Assembly (NCBI RefSeq): GCF_009834535.1
Contig: NC_045697.1
Span: forward strand, 67,644,001-67,708,000
DNA length: 64,000 nucleotides
Source: Camelus ferus
Taxonomy: Eukaryota
Reading direction: 5' to 3'
Shown: piece after piece, positions 12,950 to 25,029 of the stretch
Layout of the letters: each line of letters begins with the position of its first letter
Numbering within the stretch: position 1 is the stretch's first letter
Translations under genes and position numbers: made by a program
Notes under the pieces: model-generated
Seen by the model: the letters and a program-made list of their open reading frames with translations, nothing else
Told to the model about the DNA's origin: nothing
The model's database searches: none

Positions 12950-13800
12950 TTTCCTTCTACTAGTTAAAAATACTCTGTCATATGTGTTGTTTCTTTCTCA
13001 AGGACAACACAACCTCTCTGAGGAAAACTCAGGCCCCCAATGTAATACTGTTTTTTGCCACATCAGAAAATTGTGGGGAAATAAATAACTCCGGTTTCAT
13101 CATTATGATAGCTAATGGCTTCAGGGATGACCCGAAAGCAGACAATATGGTCCAAACGTCATCTCCATCTGTGTCTCTCCTGTCAAGCGAAATCGGTTTA
13201 CATCATTTCTTATTTCTTTCTTGGTCCAAATGACAAGTAGCCCATGTAGTGTTCAGCCCCGAACTCCAATGACTAGTGGAAGATGATGGACTGTGAATTG
13301 ATAAGCCAGCCTAACTCTCCCTCAGAGCCACAGAACGCAACGAGCTCTGCCTCCATAAACTGTGCTCGGTGTGTTTGCGAGTGTGTGCACAGAAACCCAC
13401 GTGTGACTTCCTCGGGAAACCTGTCACAATAGCTTGAATTGCTGTTTTCATCCTGATTCAGAAATGATTTGGAAAACAGGAAGACAGTACGTAGCTAGAA
13501 ATGATGGATTAATGGGCTGTCATAAAGGTATTCTATCGTGAAAAGACCTTAAGGATTTTTTTATGGAGCAGACGACTGCCCCAAGAAAACTGTAAACAAA
13601 GTGCAACCTTGCACAATTTGTGCTTCATCCTTTGCGTCAGTGTAAGATTTCGGAGGAGTTTCATGCCCCGATTCTGCAGTTAGATATGTGGCCTGAAAAA
13701 TCTTTAAATAAAATCATCATTATTACTAGTATCATCAGTGTCAGAAATAGCTTTTTAACTCCTCAGCTGTGCATGGTGCCTTGAATGCAGCAGAGTGGTC
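12950..13800. promoter_or_regulatory. Candidate enhancer (PBX-HOX/MEIS/posterior-HOX, E-box, ETS motifs)
   Basis: Repeat-free; TGATGGAT-TAAT at 13502, CTGTCATAAA at 13517, CACGTG at 13398, ACTTCCT at 13406. Confidence 0.4.
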
Positions 13801-14766
13801 GTGGCTAGAAAAAGACAGACAGACAAAACTGTGCTTGCACATAATAAACAAAATGTAGCCCAAATCCTTGCTTTTGGCTGGATTGAAAGGCAGAGTAAAG
13901 GTTAATTTTTTAAATATCTTTATTTCGTGCAGTGATATATTTGCATGGCATTGGTCATAACTAAAATCATAATAAGGCCAACATGTCTAATATTGTCTAA
14001 AATGTCTAATATCTGTTCATTTATACTGTTCTGCTAATACATGATGTAAATTTGATCTGACTTCATTATAGAAAAATAAGATAAAATGGAGATAAGAGAT
14101 TCTATTCTGAAAAATGATATTTATAGAATTAATAGTCTTCATTTCCACATAGGAAAAAAGACGTAGAGCAATAAACACTTTTACAAAAAAACAGATTGAA
14201 AGAGTTTGGAGGTGTTCTACGAGGAAATTACAATCACACACAGTGACCTTTGTTAAATAATTTGACATCATTTTTATTCAAATAAATCGCTAGGTTAGTA
14301 ACCAAGTGGAGAAACAGTATAGGTTTTATATGACCCATTGAGATGCCTCAGTTCTACATTATCTATCACATTAGGAGTAAGGGATTAGTTAATTAAACTT
14401 TATTCTTGGAAGGAAATCACTGAAATAATCTTCACCAGGAGTTCCTATCATATGGGCCTTGGATGCCCCAGTGACCTTGAGCTGTGGCCATGAGGCTGAG
14501 AATCCATATACAGCCAACATCGTGGACTGTATAGATACATGACCATTTTTGACATGAGGTCCATTACCTGTTTCAACGAGTCATCATTTAAGTATGGGAA
14601 GTACAGGCGTGAAATATTTCAACGATGTGTTCCTAGTCACAACTCTAGTAAGTGAAAGAGTAGTATTCAAATATCCACTAACCACATAGCCTCAGATGAA
14701 TGTACTTATCGCTAGATCTCTTACTGAATGGCAAAAAAAGCTTTTAAATACTGCGGCGTGACCCAT

Positions 14767-15096
14767 TGTCTTGGTCGGCTGAGGCTGGGTTGGCTTAAAC
14801 AGCATAAAGCTATTTTTTCAGAGCTCTGAAGGTTAAAAGTCTGAGGTCAGGGTGCCAGTGTGGTCTGCTTCTGGTGAGAGCTCTCTTCCTGGCTTGCGGG
14901 GCGTTTTTCTCACTGTGTCCTCACGTTGTGGAGTGAGAGATCTCACTCTCTTCCTCTTCTTAAAAGGTCACAGTTCTACTGCCTTAGGGCCCCATCCTTA
15001 TGACCTCAATTAACCTGAATTATCTCCAGATACAGTACATGAGGCTTATGGCTTCAATATATGAATTTTGGGAGGGACACAACTCAGAACATAGCA
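14767..15096 (-). mobile_element. MaLR solo LTR (MLT1A-like)
   Basis: 'aagtctgaggtcagggtgccag', 'gcttcaatatatgaattttgggagggacacaa'; flanks cccat/cccct. Confidence 0.85.
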
Positions 15097-17259
15097 CCCC
15101 TTAATATCTCAAACTTTGATTACATTGTGTTCTGTATGAATTACTCAAAACTCCATCTTAACCAGGTCTAGACAGCAGCTTACACTTTCATTTTCTTTCA
15201 GAACTTAGACTTAGATTTGTTATAAAACTATATTTTCATAGAAAGACTAAAGGCCTTGGGTGTTTTTTTCCCCAGGGGTGGTCATGGTTTTTATATATAG
15301 CACTTTTTTTTTAATGTGGAAACATAAGTTATGAATCTATTTGATAGGTGGGTAGAGCCTTGTATAGTGTCTTTTGGCTTGGATCGTTTCAAAACAATAT
15401 TTTTAGGGACAGAAGGTTTCTACAGATATGGTAGTAGTACATTTCTCTTGGTTAGCTATAAGCACAACTCACAAAATATTAATATTGAGACAGGAAATGC
15501 AATTACTTTCCCATCTTGAATTAATACTGCTAACATACATGAATCATATCCCTGAAACTATATTTTGTATTACCCTTCCTGCTGAATAAAAAATTTAGAG
15601 TAAATTTGGTACACTTGTCTACAGAAATGGCAAGAATTCTAATATATGGATTTCATTAGCTGTGCATTCAGAATTCCTTTTATGCTGCGAACAATTGCTG
15701 GAAAACAATGCACTCTGAGATTTGCCAATGTAACTGAAAATATATGGATGAATAAGAGCACAGAAGCTTGACCTATTTAATTAACATGGTGATATTGAGG
15801 CTTCGGGATATAACATGATTGTGCTTGGGACATTTTTGATTATTGTAAAAATGATCTGAAATTTAGTAGGATAAGGGCATTTGCATTGTTATTCTTTTTT
15901 TTCATTGTTATTCTTAATAATGGATCAACAATAATTATTGTTGTGCTGATAAATGGATAGTAGGATTAGAGACAGAATGAGTAAGGGATATATAATGGCT
16001 GTTTAAAGCTTCTGCTAATGTTCATTCAAATACAAATCAAAGTCCAGTAATGAAAGATAAAATAGTAGGTTAGCTATAATATACAAGGAACAACAGGCAT
16101 TGTTTTTCATTCCGCTGGGTTTGGCTTGTGATCAAAGGCAGCCTTGAAAGAAACAGGCTGAGTGGAAGGAATCTCCAAACATATTTCAAAGATTATGTTT
16201 GTCTATCAAGGAACAGAATGGTGCTGTCATAGGTTTGTCAAAATAAATGCAGAGATACCATTACTCTCTGTCTTCCTGGTGCATTTCAGCTGCCCATCAG
16301 TGGAAATAATTTTCCTATTTCCAGTTACTTCATGTTCCTTGTATGCTTTTTTTTTTACAGGTGTTGTCTGGCATAGAATATGTTGATAGAAATAGATTTG
16401 TCTATTCCTGCTTACTATTCACTAGAAATGGAAACGTGTCTGAAAGCTTGCTTTTGTCATTCTATCTAAGGTTCTCTTTGAATTCTCAATTTTAAAATTT
16501 TTAAAAATATTTTTAAAATTTGCATTGTGGACACTTTTAAAAATGAAATATTTTCAAATACACCAATAAAGTATATTTTCAGTGAAATGCATAAAAGACT
16601 TAAACAGACCCCAAAAGACCTAGTAATAATGTAAATAATATGTTCTAATCAATTTCTGATAAAGCAGTTTACAATTATTTTTTAAAATAAATTCTGGATA
16701 CATATTTTGAAAAAGCATAAACATTTTTCTGCATGCATACTGACATTTGAGTTGAGTTGTTTGCTGCCATAGAGGGAATTGTTTAAACTTCTTTATGGTA
16801 TAACACAAGCTTTTTCCTCATAAGCCTTTTCAGTATCATTTTTAGTTTCTTAAAAAACAGACAAACAAAAAAGCCCCTCAAAACAACGTATATTAGTCTT
16901 GAGATTAAGTTGATTGTCCATTTTTTAATGTTCATTTTTCTCTGAAAAATTTCATTCTTCTCAAGTTTGAGTCAATTCAGATATGAAATATTTGTTCTAT
17001 TTATCACTTGAATACAATCACCTTCTCCAAATACCCAGCAGGGGGCCAGTCCTCAGTTTAAGGGAAACAGTAGTTGGAGGTCTTAAGTGATTTTGAGAAG
17101 TAGCATAAATTCCAGAAATCCTGCAAGCATTGTTCAGATATAATTTTATAGTTCATTCATATTGATGAGTTCAAGATAAGCTTTCTTTCAATGAGATTTT
17201 TAATCTTATTGTTTTAATAGTTTGCTTTATTGTAAATTTTGTGTAAAAACACGTCCAAG

Positions 17260-18745
17260 TCCTATTTCTGGCCCAGATGGAATAACAGGGACCAGGTACA
17301 TCCTCCTACCTGAAACAGCCAAAGTTAAAACTTATGAAATAAAGGTTTGCAATCCAGTTCCATCAGACAGTGGAGTACAGTGATCCCAGAGCCAAGAAAT
17401 AAACTACGTGAGCCTAAGTGAGTCCCAGTTTATGGTCTTGAGAGAGTTTTCAGGTTGTTCAGGGAAAAGGAACCTTAGCAGATTGTGGGAGCCTCCTGAC
17501 TTGAGGACAGAATGAGTATTTGGGGTGACCAAGGCTACTAGTGTTTTCCAGACAGAGTACCGGAGAAGAGAGAGAACAGAGAACACTGGAGACCTGCAGG
17601 GGGTCTCTCAGTTATTCAGCTGAATATTGATTAATGCCTGCATATGAGGAAAACAACCCTAAGCAGGTGAGAAACAGCTGAAAGGATGAGAAGCGACCGT
17701 CCCCAGCAGACACACAGGGCCAGCAATGGTGCCTTTTTCCACCAGCCAGACTGAAAAACTTCACAATGCAAGGGTAATTGGGTAGAGTTCTCAGAATAAT
17801 GAACTCTAAAGTAAATGCTGTTCTGTTCGCCCCTAAAAACTCTAAAAGCAAGACCTAAAAGGATCCACTCTACAATTAAATTAACTGCATCCAGGGAGGA
17901 AAATAGTTCAAGTATATTTATAGAAATATAACAGTATACAGCCAAAAAATGTAAAATTTACAATGTCTGGCACCCAATGATAAATAACCCGGCATACCAA
18001 GGAGCAGGAAAATACTATCCACACTGAGAGGAGCCAGTTAAAACTGACCCACAACTGACACAGATGTCAGAACTCCCTGATGAAACATGGTAACTGGTTA
18101 TTATAACAGTATTCCATATTTTTAGAAAGTTAAGTAGAGACACGTAAGTAACAAAAAGACTGAAATCAAACTTCAAGAAATGAAAACTATGTCTTGCATG
18201 AAAAATACATGGACTGGGATTAAAAAGTAGAATAGACATTGCAGAAGACATGATCATGAATCTGAAGACATATCAATAGAATCTATCAAAATTCATAGAA
18301 AGGAGAATTAAAAGAAAAGAAAAGAACAGAACAGAACATCAATGAGTGGTGGGTGACTTCAAGTACCTAAGATGTGCAGATGGTGTCCCGATTGGAGGTA
18401 GAGGTGGAAGAACAGAGTATTTGAAGAAATATTGGATGAACATTTTCCAAATTTGATGAAAACTGTAAACCCACAGATCCAAAACTTATAAAACTACAGT
18501 AATAACAGTGTGGTATTGGCATAAAGATAGAGACACATTTTAGACAAATGGAACAAAATAGAGGAAGTTTCCAAAATCTATGAGGACATGTTTGGAAGTG
18601 ATAGTATTTGTGTTATCTTTACTTGTTTCACGGATGTATAAAACATTTCGTGGGTGCATATATTTGTCAAATGTGTCGCAATTTACAATTTTAGTAGGGT
18701 CAGATTATTTTACGTCAATTAGATTTCAATACAACTGTTAAAAAA
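17260..18745 (+). mobile_element. Ancient L1 (L1M 5' UTR/ORF1 remnant joined to short ORF2 and 3' UTR pieces)
   Basis: ORF1-like 'aatagacattgcagaagac' and 'ttttccaaatttgatgaaaactgtaaacccacagatcc'; ORF2-like 'acagtgtggtattggcataaagataga'; A-rich end. Confidence 0.75.
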
Positions 18746-19600
18746 TAAGACATTTCCTCAAGTGCAAAATACTAAGGATGATTTCAGAAACAAAGAAAAA
18801 CACTCCCAACTGCTTTATGATTTAGTTCTCAAGAAGTTAAAGTTACTTAAAAATATTTTCATGTCCATAGGAAATGGCCTATTTGCGTTCTTTAGTCTAT
18901 GTGCCAAGAAGTATTTATTCAGCACCCGCATTCTACCACTGCGATGTGCAGGCAGCTGGGGTCCGTGAAAGTGATGACGTGCTCACTGATCATCTAATAA
19001 TTTAATTGGGAGTCTTTCATTACATGTATTATTTTTATTTTATCCTGCTTTGTCTACATACATATGTTCTTTTTATACAGACAAATACCTAAAGTATGAT
19101 ATTTCAATTTATTTAAGTCTCTGAGAAGGAGATCAGTACCTGGTTACTGAGACATTCTTTTTTGGACAAAAACACTCTTTGAAAAAAAAAAAAGAGTCCA
19201 AATTTGTTGTTAAATGATTAATATCCTATACTTTCAAAGTTAAAGTCTGCAGTTTTCAAAAGTCATTCTTATTTTACTCATATAGCCGCCATGATCCCAA
19301 ATCCTTACTCATGTCTATGGTAATTCGTTAATATGCTGATTTTCCATCAATTACACATTTTTGTTTTCTGATTTTAAAGAGAAACTGAAACATCCTATGC
19401 ATATTTATAGTGAACTGAACAAACATGATTTATGTCTAAGTCAAAACATAAACATTAAAAACATCAGGTTCAGAGGTTTCACTTTTCTCCAGGCTTGCCA
19501 GGCTTACTTTTCCCTAGTAAATGATTCCACAGCTTACAAGTATTTCTATCTCCAGTGGGTATCTACTGTAAATAGTATTTCTTTGTTATGTTAGATTTAT

Positions 19601-19658
19601 ATAACACAAAATAAAAACTTACATAACACAAAATAAACACTTATTTAACGCAAAATAT
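19601..19658. repeat. Short tandem repeat, ~22-nt unit (ataacacaaaataaaa...), about 2.5 copies
   Basis: Direct reading. Confidence 0.75.
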
Positions 19659-19879
19659 GCCATATGATTCACTTATTTCACTGAAATTTAATCCATTTTG
19701 TGGTGTTTTTATAACTTAAGGACAAGGGTCATCTTTTCCAAAAGATATTTCTCATCTCTGAAAAAGATACCATTTAATAATAAAGGAAACATAAGAGAAA
19801 ATACAATTCTTTGAATGTGAATGACAGAGACTCCAGTTGGTGGAAAATTACTTAAGAAAAAAGCAAACAGCAGCTCTTA

Positions 19880-20140
19880 TTAGTAGAGTGCTTTGGTATT
19901 CAGCAAGCACTTTCACATATATTATCTCATTTAATCTTTACAACACAGCTATATTTTAAATGTGATTTGTGTAGGAGCAAGTTGATATGCAGAAGATGAA
20001 GTAAATTTATTTTTTTTTATTACTAACACCATATTTTATTGCACAGGAGATTTAGAATGACAAGTAAAATGATTTGCTGAAAACCTCACTAGTAAGTGGC
20101 AAAGCTGGGGTGTCAAGCCATGTTTTCTGATTCCAGTTAA
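19880..20140 (-). mobile_element. MIR SINE
   Basis: 'gcactttcacatatattatctcatttaatctttacaac...ctagtaagtggcaaagctggg'. Confidence 0.75.
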
Positions 20141-21706
20141 TTGTTTGAGGCTAAGTATAATGACAACATTGCTTTGAACAATGCATCACTTCCCAATGAT
20201 GAATACTGGCAGCTCAGGCTTTGGGTGCATTTAATTGCAAGAAAGGTGGTTGTCCAGGGGCACTAGAAAGTGCCTAGAGGCCGAGTGCAGTCTGATATAG
20301 CTGACTTGAACTCATGGGAGAAAAGGAAGCGAGGATAACTGGGAAGAGGGTCTAATCGTGGTGGGGGGACCGACTCCATTTCACTTAGCCTGGGCAGTAT
20401 CAAAATCTCTGAAGGTTCAGAGGATTTCCAGGAGTATTCGTTTTTACAGAACAGTGAAATTTATTACTGCACCAAGTGTTAGTTTGTTTCTCCTTCAAAA
20501 TATGATTAGTAGTACTACCTGTGCCCACCATAATGTGTATCAAATCTGTGCAACCACTTCCAATATTTCCCATTGCCTCTCCTGGAGAGCAGATGGTGAT
20601 CAAATCACCAAGGTTAGAAAAAGAAAAAAGTTATTTCTAATCGGAATGAATGGTCTACCAGGTAAGTAAAACACTGGCATGAAGTAAATCCTTAAATCCT
20701 TGCCCCAGACACTGTGCCTCTTCTCAACGGTATTCTCCCAACTCTCCCCAAGAAAGAACACCCTGGATTTAAGTTGATCGTCTCCTTGTTTATATTTTTT
20801 ACCCCTTTATTTTCTAAATAACACCTCTCTGTGAATACTTTATTTAAAAGACAAATTTCCTAGAGAGAAATATGAAATGCAATGCACTGACTGTTTTATG
20901 AAATCACACATTATAAAAACTTATTGTAATATATAAAAAAATTTTTTTGAAGTGAAAAAAGAACTAGGATTACCTTGACAAAGAAGTCACAGTGTAAGTT
21001 TGTTATTTTAATTTTTAATGTTAAAAATGAAGCTACTCAGATAGTAATTGTTACTATTTCCCTTTGGGGATACCACTTTAGAATTCACAACTTTACTACA
21101 ATGTAGATAACTGAGTATTAGACTTGCAGCAGGGTTCATCAAGTGAGCTGTTCTGCCCAAAGTTCTGACCAAGTTCAAATCTTGACCTCTGCTGATGAAA
21201 GCTGGTTACTCTGGGCAAGTTAATTTAATGATAAGCTCATATAAATCCAGAAAATACTCTTCAGTTGGCCACTTATGAAAAAATACTGCAGAACGATTAT
21301 TGCCTATACAAAATATAATCGTTTAATTAAAATATTCTTGGCTTTTGAAATTGCTTGCTCCTTAAGCAAATCCATAGGGTGCTTTAAAAAATGAAATTAT
21401 AATGGTATATTCCATTTTCTTCAGTTGTTAGCACATGAATACCAGTCATAAAAATGTTTCTGCATAGTCTGCACACTTTATACCTATATGCTAAGCATTG
21501 ATACTAATTGGACTTTAATCAAAATTAGTTTATTTCTCACCTTATGATAATAGCAGTAATTATACTGAGGAAAGACAAGGTGAAGATGTCCTCTGGATAG
21601 GCTAAATAAAACACAGATGCAGAGACTCATCCTTGAACTAGTTGATAATTAACTGTGTAAGAATGTCTTGTGCTAGCCAGGGATATGCAGAGACAAACAC
21701 ACCAAA

Positions 21707-21726
21707 AACAACAACAACAACAACAA
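21707..21726. repeat. (CAA)n microsatellite
   Basis: Direct reading. Confidence 0.85.
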
Positions 21727-22479
21727 AAGCCACCACAAAAAAAGTGTTTGTTCTTTTTGGATTTGACAGCATAATGATAAAAAGGATATACTAATTAGTT
21801 GTCTGACATTTGTGTCTTGTGTATTGCAACTACACATAATTATACTGAGGAGTCTTGAGAAGATGAAACCATGGACTAACCAATGTCTCAGAAGCATTGC
21901 TAAATTGCTTACCATCTTATACTTTTACACAGTTCTTTCTGTGAAAAGAGAAGGGCAGCGGTGGTACAAGAGCATAATGCTATAGCTGTAATGTGAAACT
22001 GGTGATTCTTTTTTTTTTTTTTTTTTTGAATAAAATTTTAACTTCTCAGGGAGAGAGAATGACATTGAATTACCAGTTTCAGATAATTTATTACAAATTT
22101 GAAAGCTTAAAAATACATATCTACAGTTGAAATTTTAAAAAATGTTTTATTTTTCCCTTCTTTGATCTCAGCCCATCAGAAAATCAATTAATCATTTCCC
22201 CTATCTTGGTATAAATCATCTCTAAGGGGCTTAAAACAATCAAGGAGCAAAATCTTGGCAAAGGGAGCCAAGTGTGAAGCAAGATGCTTGAAATAAGCAC
22301 AGAAGAAAGGACTTTTGAGTAATAGCAGGAGCCTTTGGCAGGTAATCTATCACCTGGAAGATTGCACCTCCACTAAACCTTCTAGCCCCATCATTTGGTC
22401 AGGAAGAGACATACACAGTGGAGGGAAGCCAGGATTCCTGGAATGCTTTTGAGTTTGGTGGGGCAGGAGCATCATACGA

Positions 22480-23525
22480 CCTTGCTTACCAAGGGGACTT
22501 CTTCCTCCTTAACACATGATTTTCCCTTGGGTCCTGGGATGCATGCTCCCCTCGCTCTGCTGTCACTCACTGGACCTTCCTATTCAGCTACTGCTGGTGT
22601 TGTCTCTTCTTTCAGTCTCCGTCTCAGCCCCCTCCATTTCTCCATCTACAGCCAGTTCATCTTCCATGAGCTCATCTAATTCCATATCTTTAAATAGTAT
22701 GTATATGTTGATAACTCTCAGTTCCTCTTTTTATTTATTTTTTGCCTCTCAGTTCCCTCTCCTCAAATACAGAGTCGTATATCCACTGATTTTCCTGCTT
22801 CTGTTACTCCTACTCTGATTCAAAGCTCCTACTCTCGTTCTTGTGGATTATGCAGTTGTTTTCTAACAGATATCCTTGCTTTGACCCATAACTTACCCCC
22901 ATGGCCCCACTCTTTACACTCAAACTGAGAAACCAGAGGGATTTTTTTAATACATAAATCAGACGATGTCTCGTCTCTATCCGAAGCCCTACAGTGGCGC
23001 CCCCATTCACTAAGCACGGGAGCTAAACTCATGATGGCCTGCGAGGTCCGGGTCACCTTACCTTTCTGACCTTACACCTACCTCCCCCTCCTCTTTCACT
23101 CCATTACAGCATGGTAGCCTCTGCATAGTGCTAGGGATATTCCAGACAAGCTCCTGTCTTCAGGCATCTCCTCCAGCCCTCAGCCTGGAATCTTCTTCTG
23201 TCAGATATATTTTTGAATTTGGCTAAATCTTTCATCTTCTTGAAGTTTCCCCATAGTTAACCTTCTCAAAACATTACACTTTTTATCCCTTGTTCAACGT
23301 TAAAACCACCCCCATCAATACATTGTTCCTGCTGTGATCATGTTTTATTTTTTCCATAGTACTTCTTACCTCCTTGTACACAACAGAATGTACCCCCTAA
23401 TGATGTTTATGGTTTAACATCTGTCACTCACCACCAGGATGTAAGCCAAACCAAAACAAGTATCCTTTTTTGGAGATGTTCAGGGACTAGAACAATACCC
23501 TGTGTCAATATTTGTTAAAGAAACA
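22480..23525 (+). mobile_element. L2 LINE
   Basis: 'ctcttgtggattatgcag'-like and 'aaatcagacgatgtctc' segments; 3' end 'tcaatatttgttaaag'. Confidence 0.75.
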
Positions 23526-23974
23526 AAATTGGAAAGAGAGATAAGGAGAGACAGAACATCAGTATGTTTATAAAAGCTTTCCCACATGAGTGAAGAAACC
23601 AAAGGGAATACCGCAGGAGATTCTCATACAGGAGAAGTACTGCAACTTTAGCAGTTGTGCGATCGCACTTCGAGATACAAAAACAGCTATACCAATTTCA
23701 ATACAGTTGATAAAGATGGTGTAATTAGGAGAAAAGGTTAAATTTTCAAATAATAGATTTCAAGCAATTTCAGAGATGGAGAATTTGCATCTCAGCCATA
23801 GAACCTACATGGGGCACAGGTGTGGAAATGTGTGGAACACAGAATGAGATAAAAACAGAGAGAAGTAAGTAGATTGTGAAGAAAAAGAAGAGCTCCTGCC
23901 CTAGAACTGTGACAGAGATGGCTGCCACTAGTCTCTGATAAGGGACAGAGCAGTGATCTATCTGAGAGGGGGCA

Positions 23975-24205
23975 CATCGACAGGCTAACAGCATGGTTTC
24001 TGGAGCCAGGCTGCCCAGTCCAGTTACTTATGAGCTTTGTGATCTTGGCCAGTAATTTCCTCTCTCTGGGTTTTAGTTTCCTCATCTCTAAAATGAATAG
24101 AATAGTAGCACACCAAACTCATAGAGAGGTTACTAGGATGAGAAGAGTATAAGCCTGTTAGACCAGCATCTGGAACATAGTGAAAGCTGTGTAAGTATGA
24201 ATTAG
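23975..24205 (+). mobile_element. MIR SINE
   Basis: 'tgtgatcttggccagt...tttagtttcctcatctctaaaatg'. Confidence 0.85.
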
Positions 24206-24269
24206 TAGCAGGAGTTACTCCCTGCAGTGATGCACAGTATGATGACATTTAAAACTGTAGTTCCCATAG

Positions 24270-24590
24270 GGGCAGTTCCACACAGAATTCCAGATGCACA
24301 TATTCACTGGCAATCAGAAGTGATTTCAAATGTCCTGGTGAGAGACACTGTTAAAGGAAAGATTGTGGACCAATAAACTCGAGAAACACTACATACCATT
24401 TGCACCTCTTTTAGAGATTCATTTCTACGAAGATCTGCTTTGTCCTGTACTAAAGAAATTGAACTGCCTCTGTTTAATTAAACAAATTCCCTAAAATATT
24501 TGATTATAGAAACTTCAGTTTTAAAATATCTACTAACATTCTATATTTATACTTAAGAGGGAACTGACACATTTATATTGGAAATACTGG
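24270..24590. mobile_element. hAT-Charlie non-autonomous DNA transposon remnant
   Basis: Ends cag.../'tggaaatactg' and an internal layout resembling old Charlie MITEs. Confidence 0.4.
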
Positions 24591-25029
24591 TACCCTTAAC
24601 ACTGACTTGCTTATATTGAATTCATACTGTTTTGTGGTATTACCTTGCTAACTGACAACCTTCTGATTTTGCCAGTGTTGTTATTTATACAGAAGTGCTT
24701 CAGCTATCATATTAATCTCTTCAATGTGCTTTCACTATAAAGTATAAATCAAAAGATATTTGTGAATAAAATTGAACATTATAAATTAAAATTAACATTG
24801 CAATGTTAAAAAAAAAATCCTAATAAGATGGAGGCATCAAGGCAAAGCATTAAGCATGCCCTAATGGCTAATTTTTAGCCTCATATGTTAGTTCAAATTA
24901 ATGTAGTCTAATTTGATTGAACATGAAAAAATATATATAACATCAACAAAACCCAGAACATACATCATTAAAAAGCATATGGAAAATCTGAGATTTAAAG
25001 ACCGGGTTTTTTAAGTGGTCCGGAGAAGA

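Noticed and set aside
20259..20274. Short hairpins (GGCACT-agaa-AGTGCC; similar at 58810-58826 and 60870-60885)
   Set aside because: 6-7-bp stems are expected by chance in 64 kb; none is pre-miRNA sized
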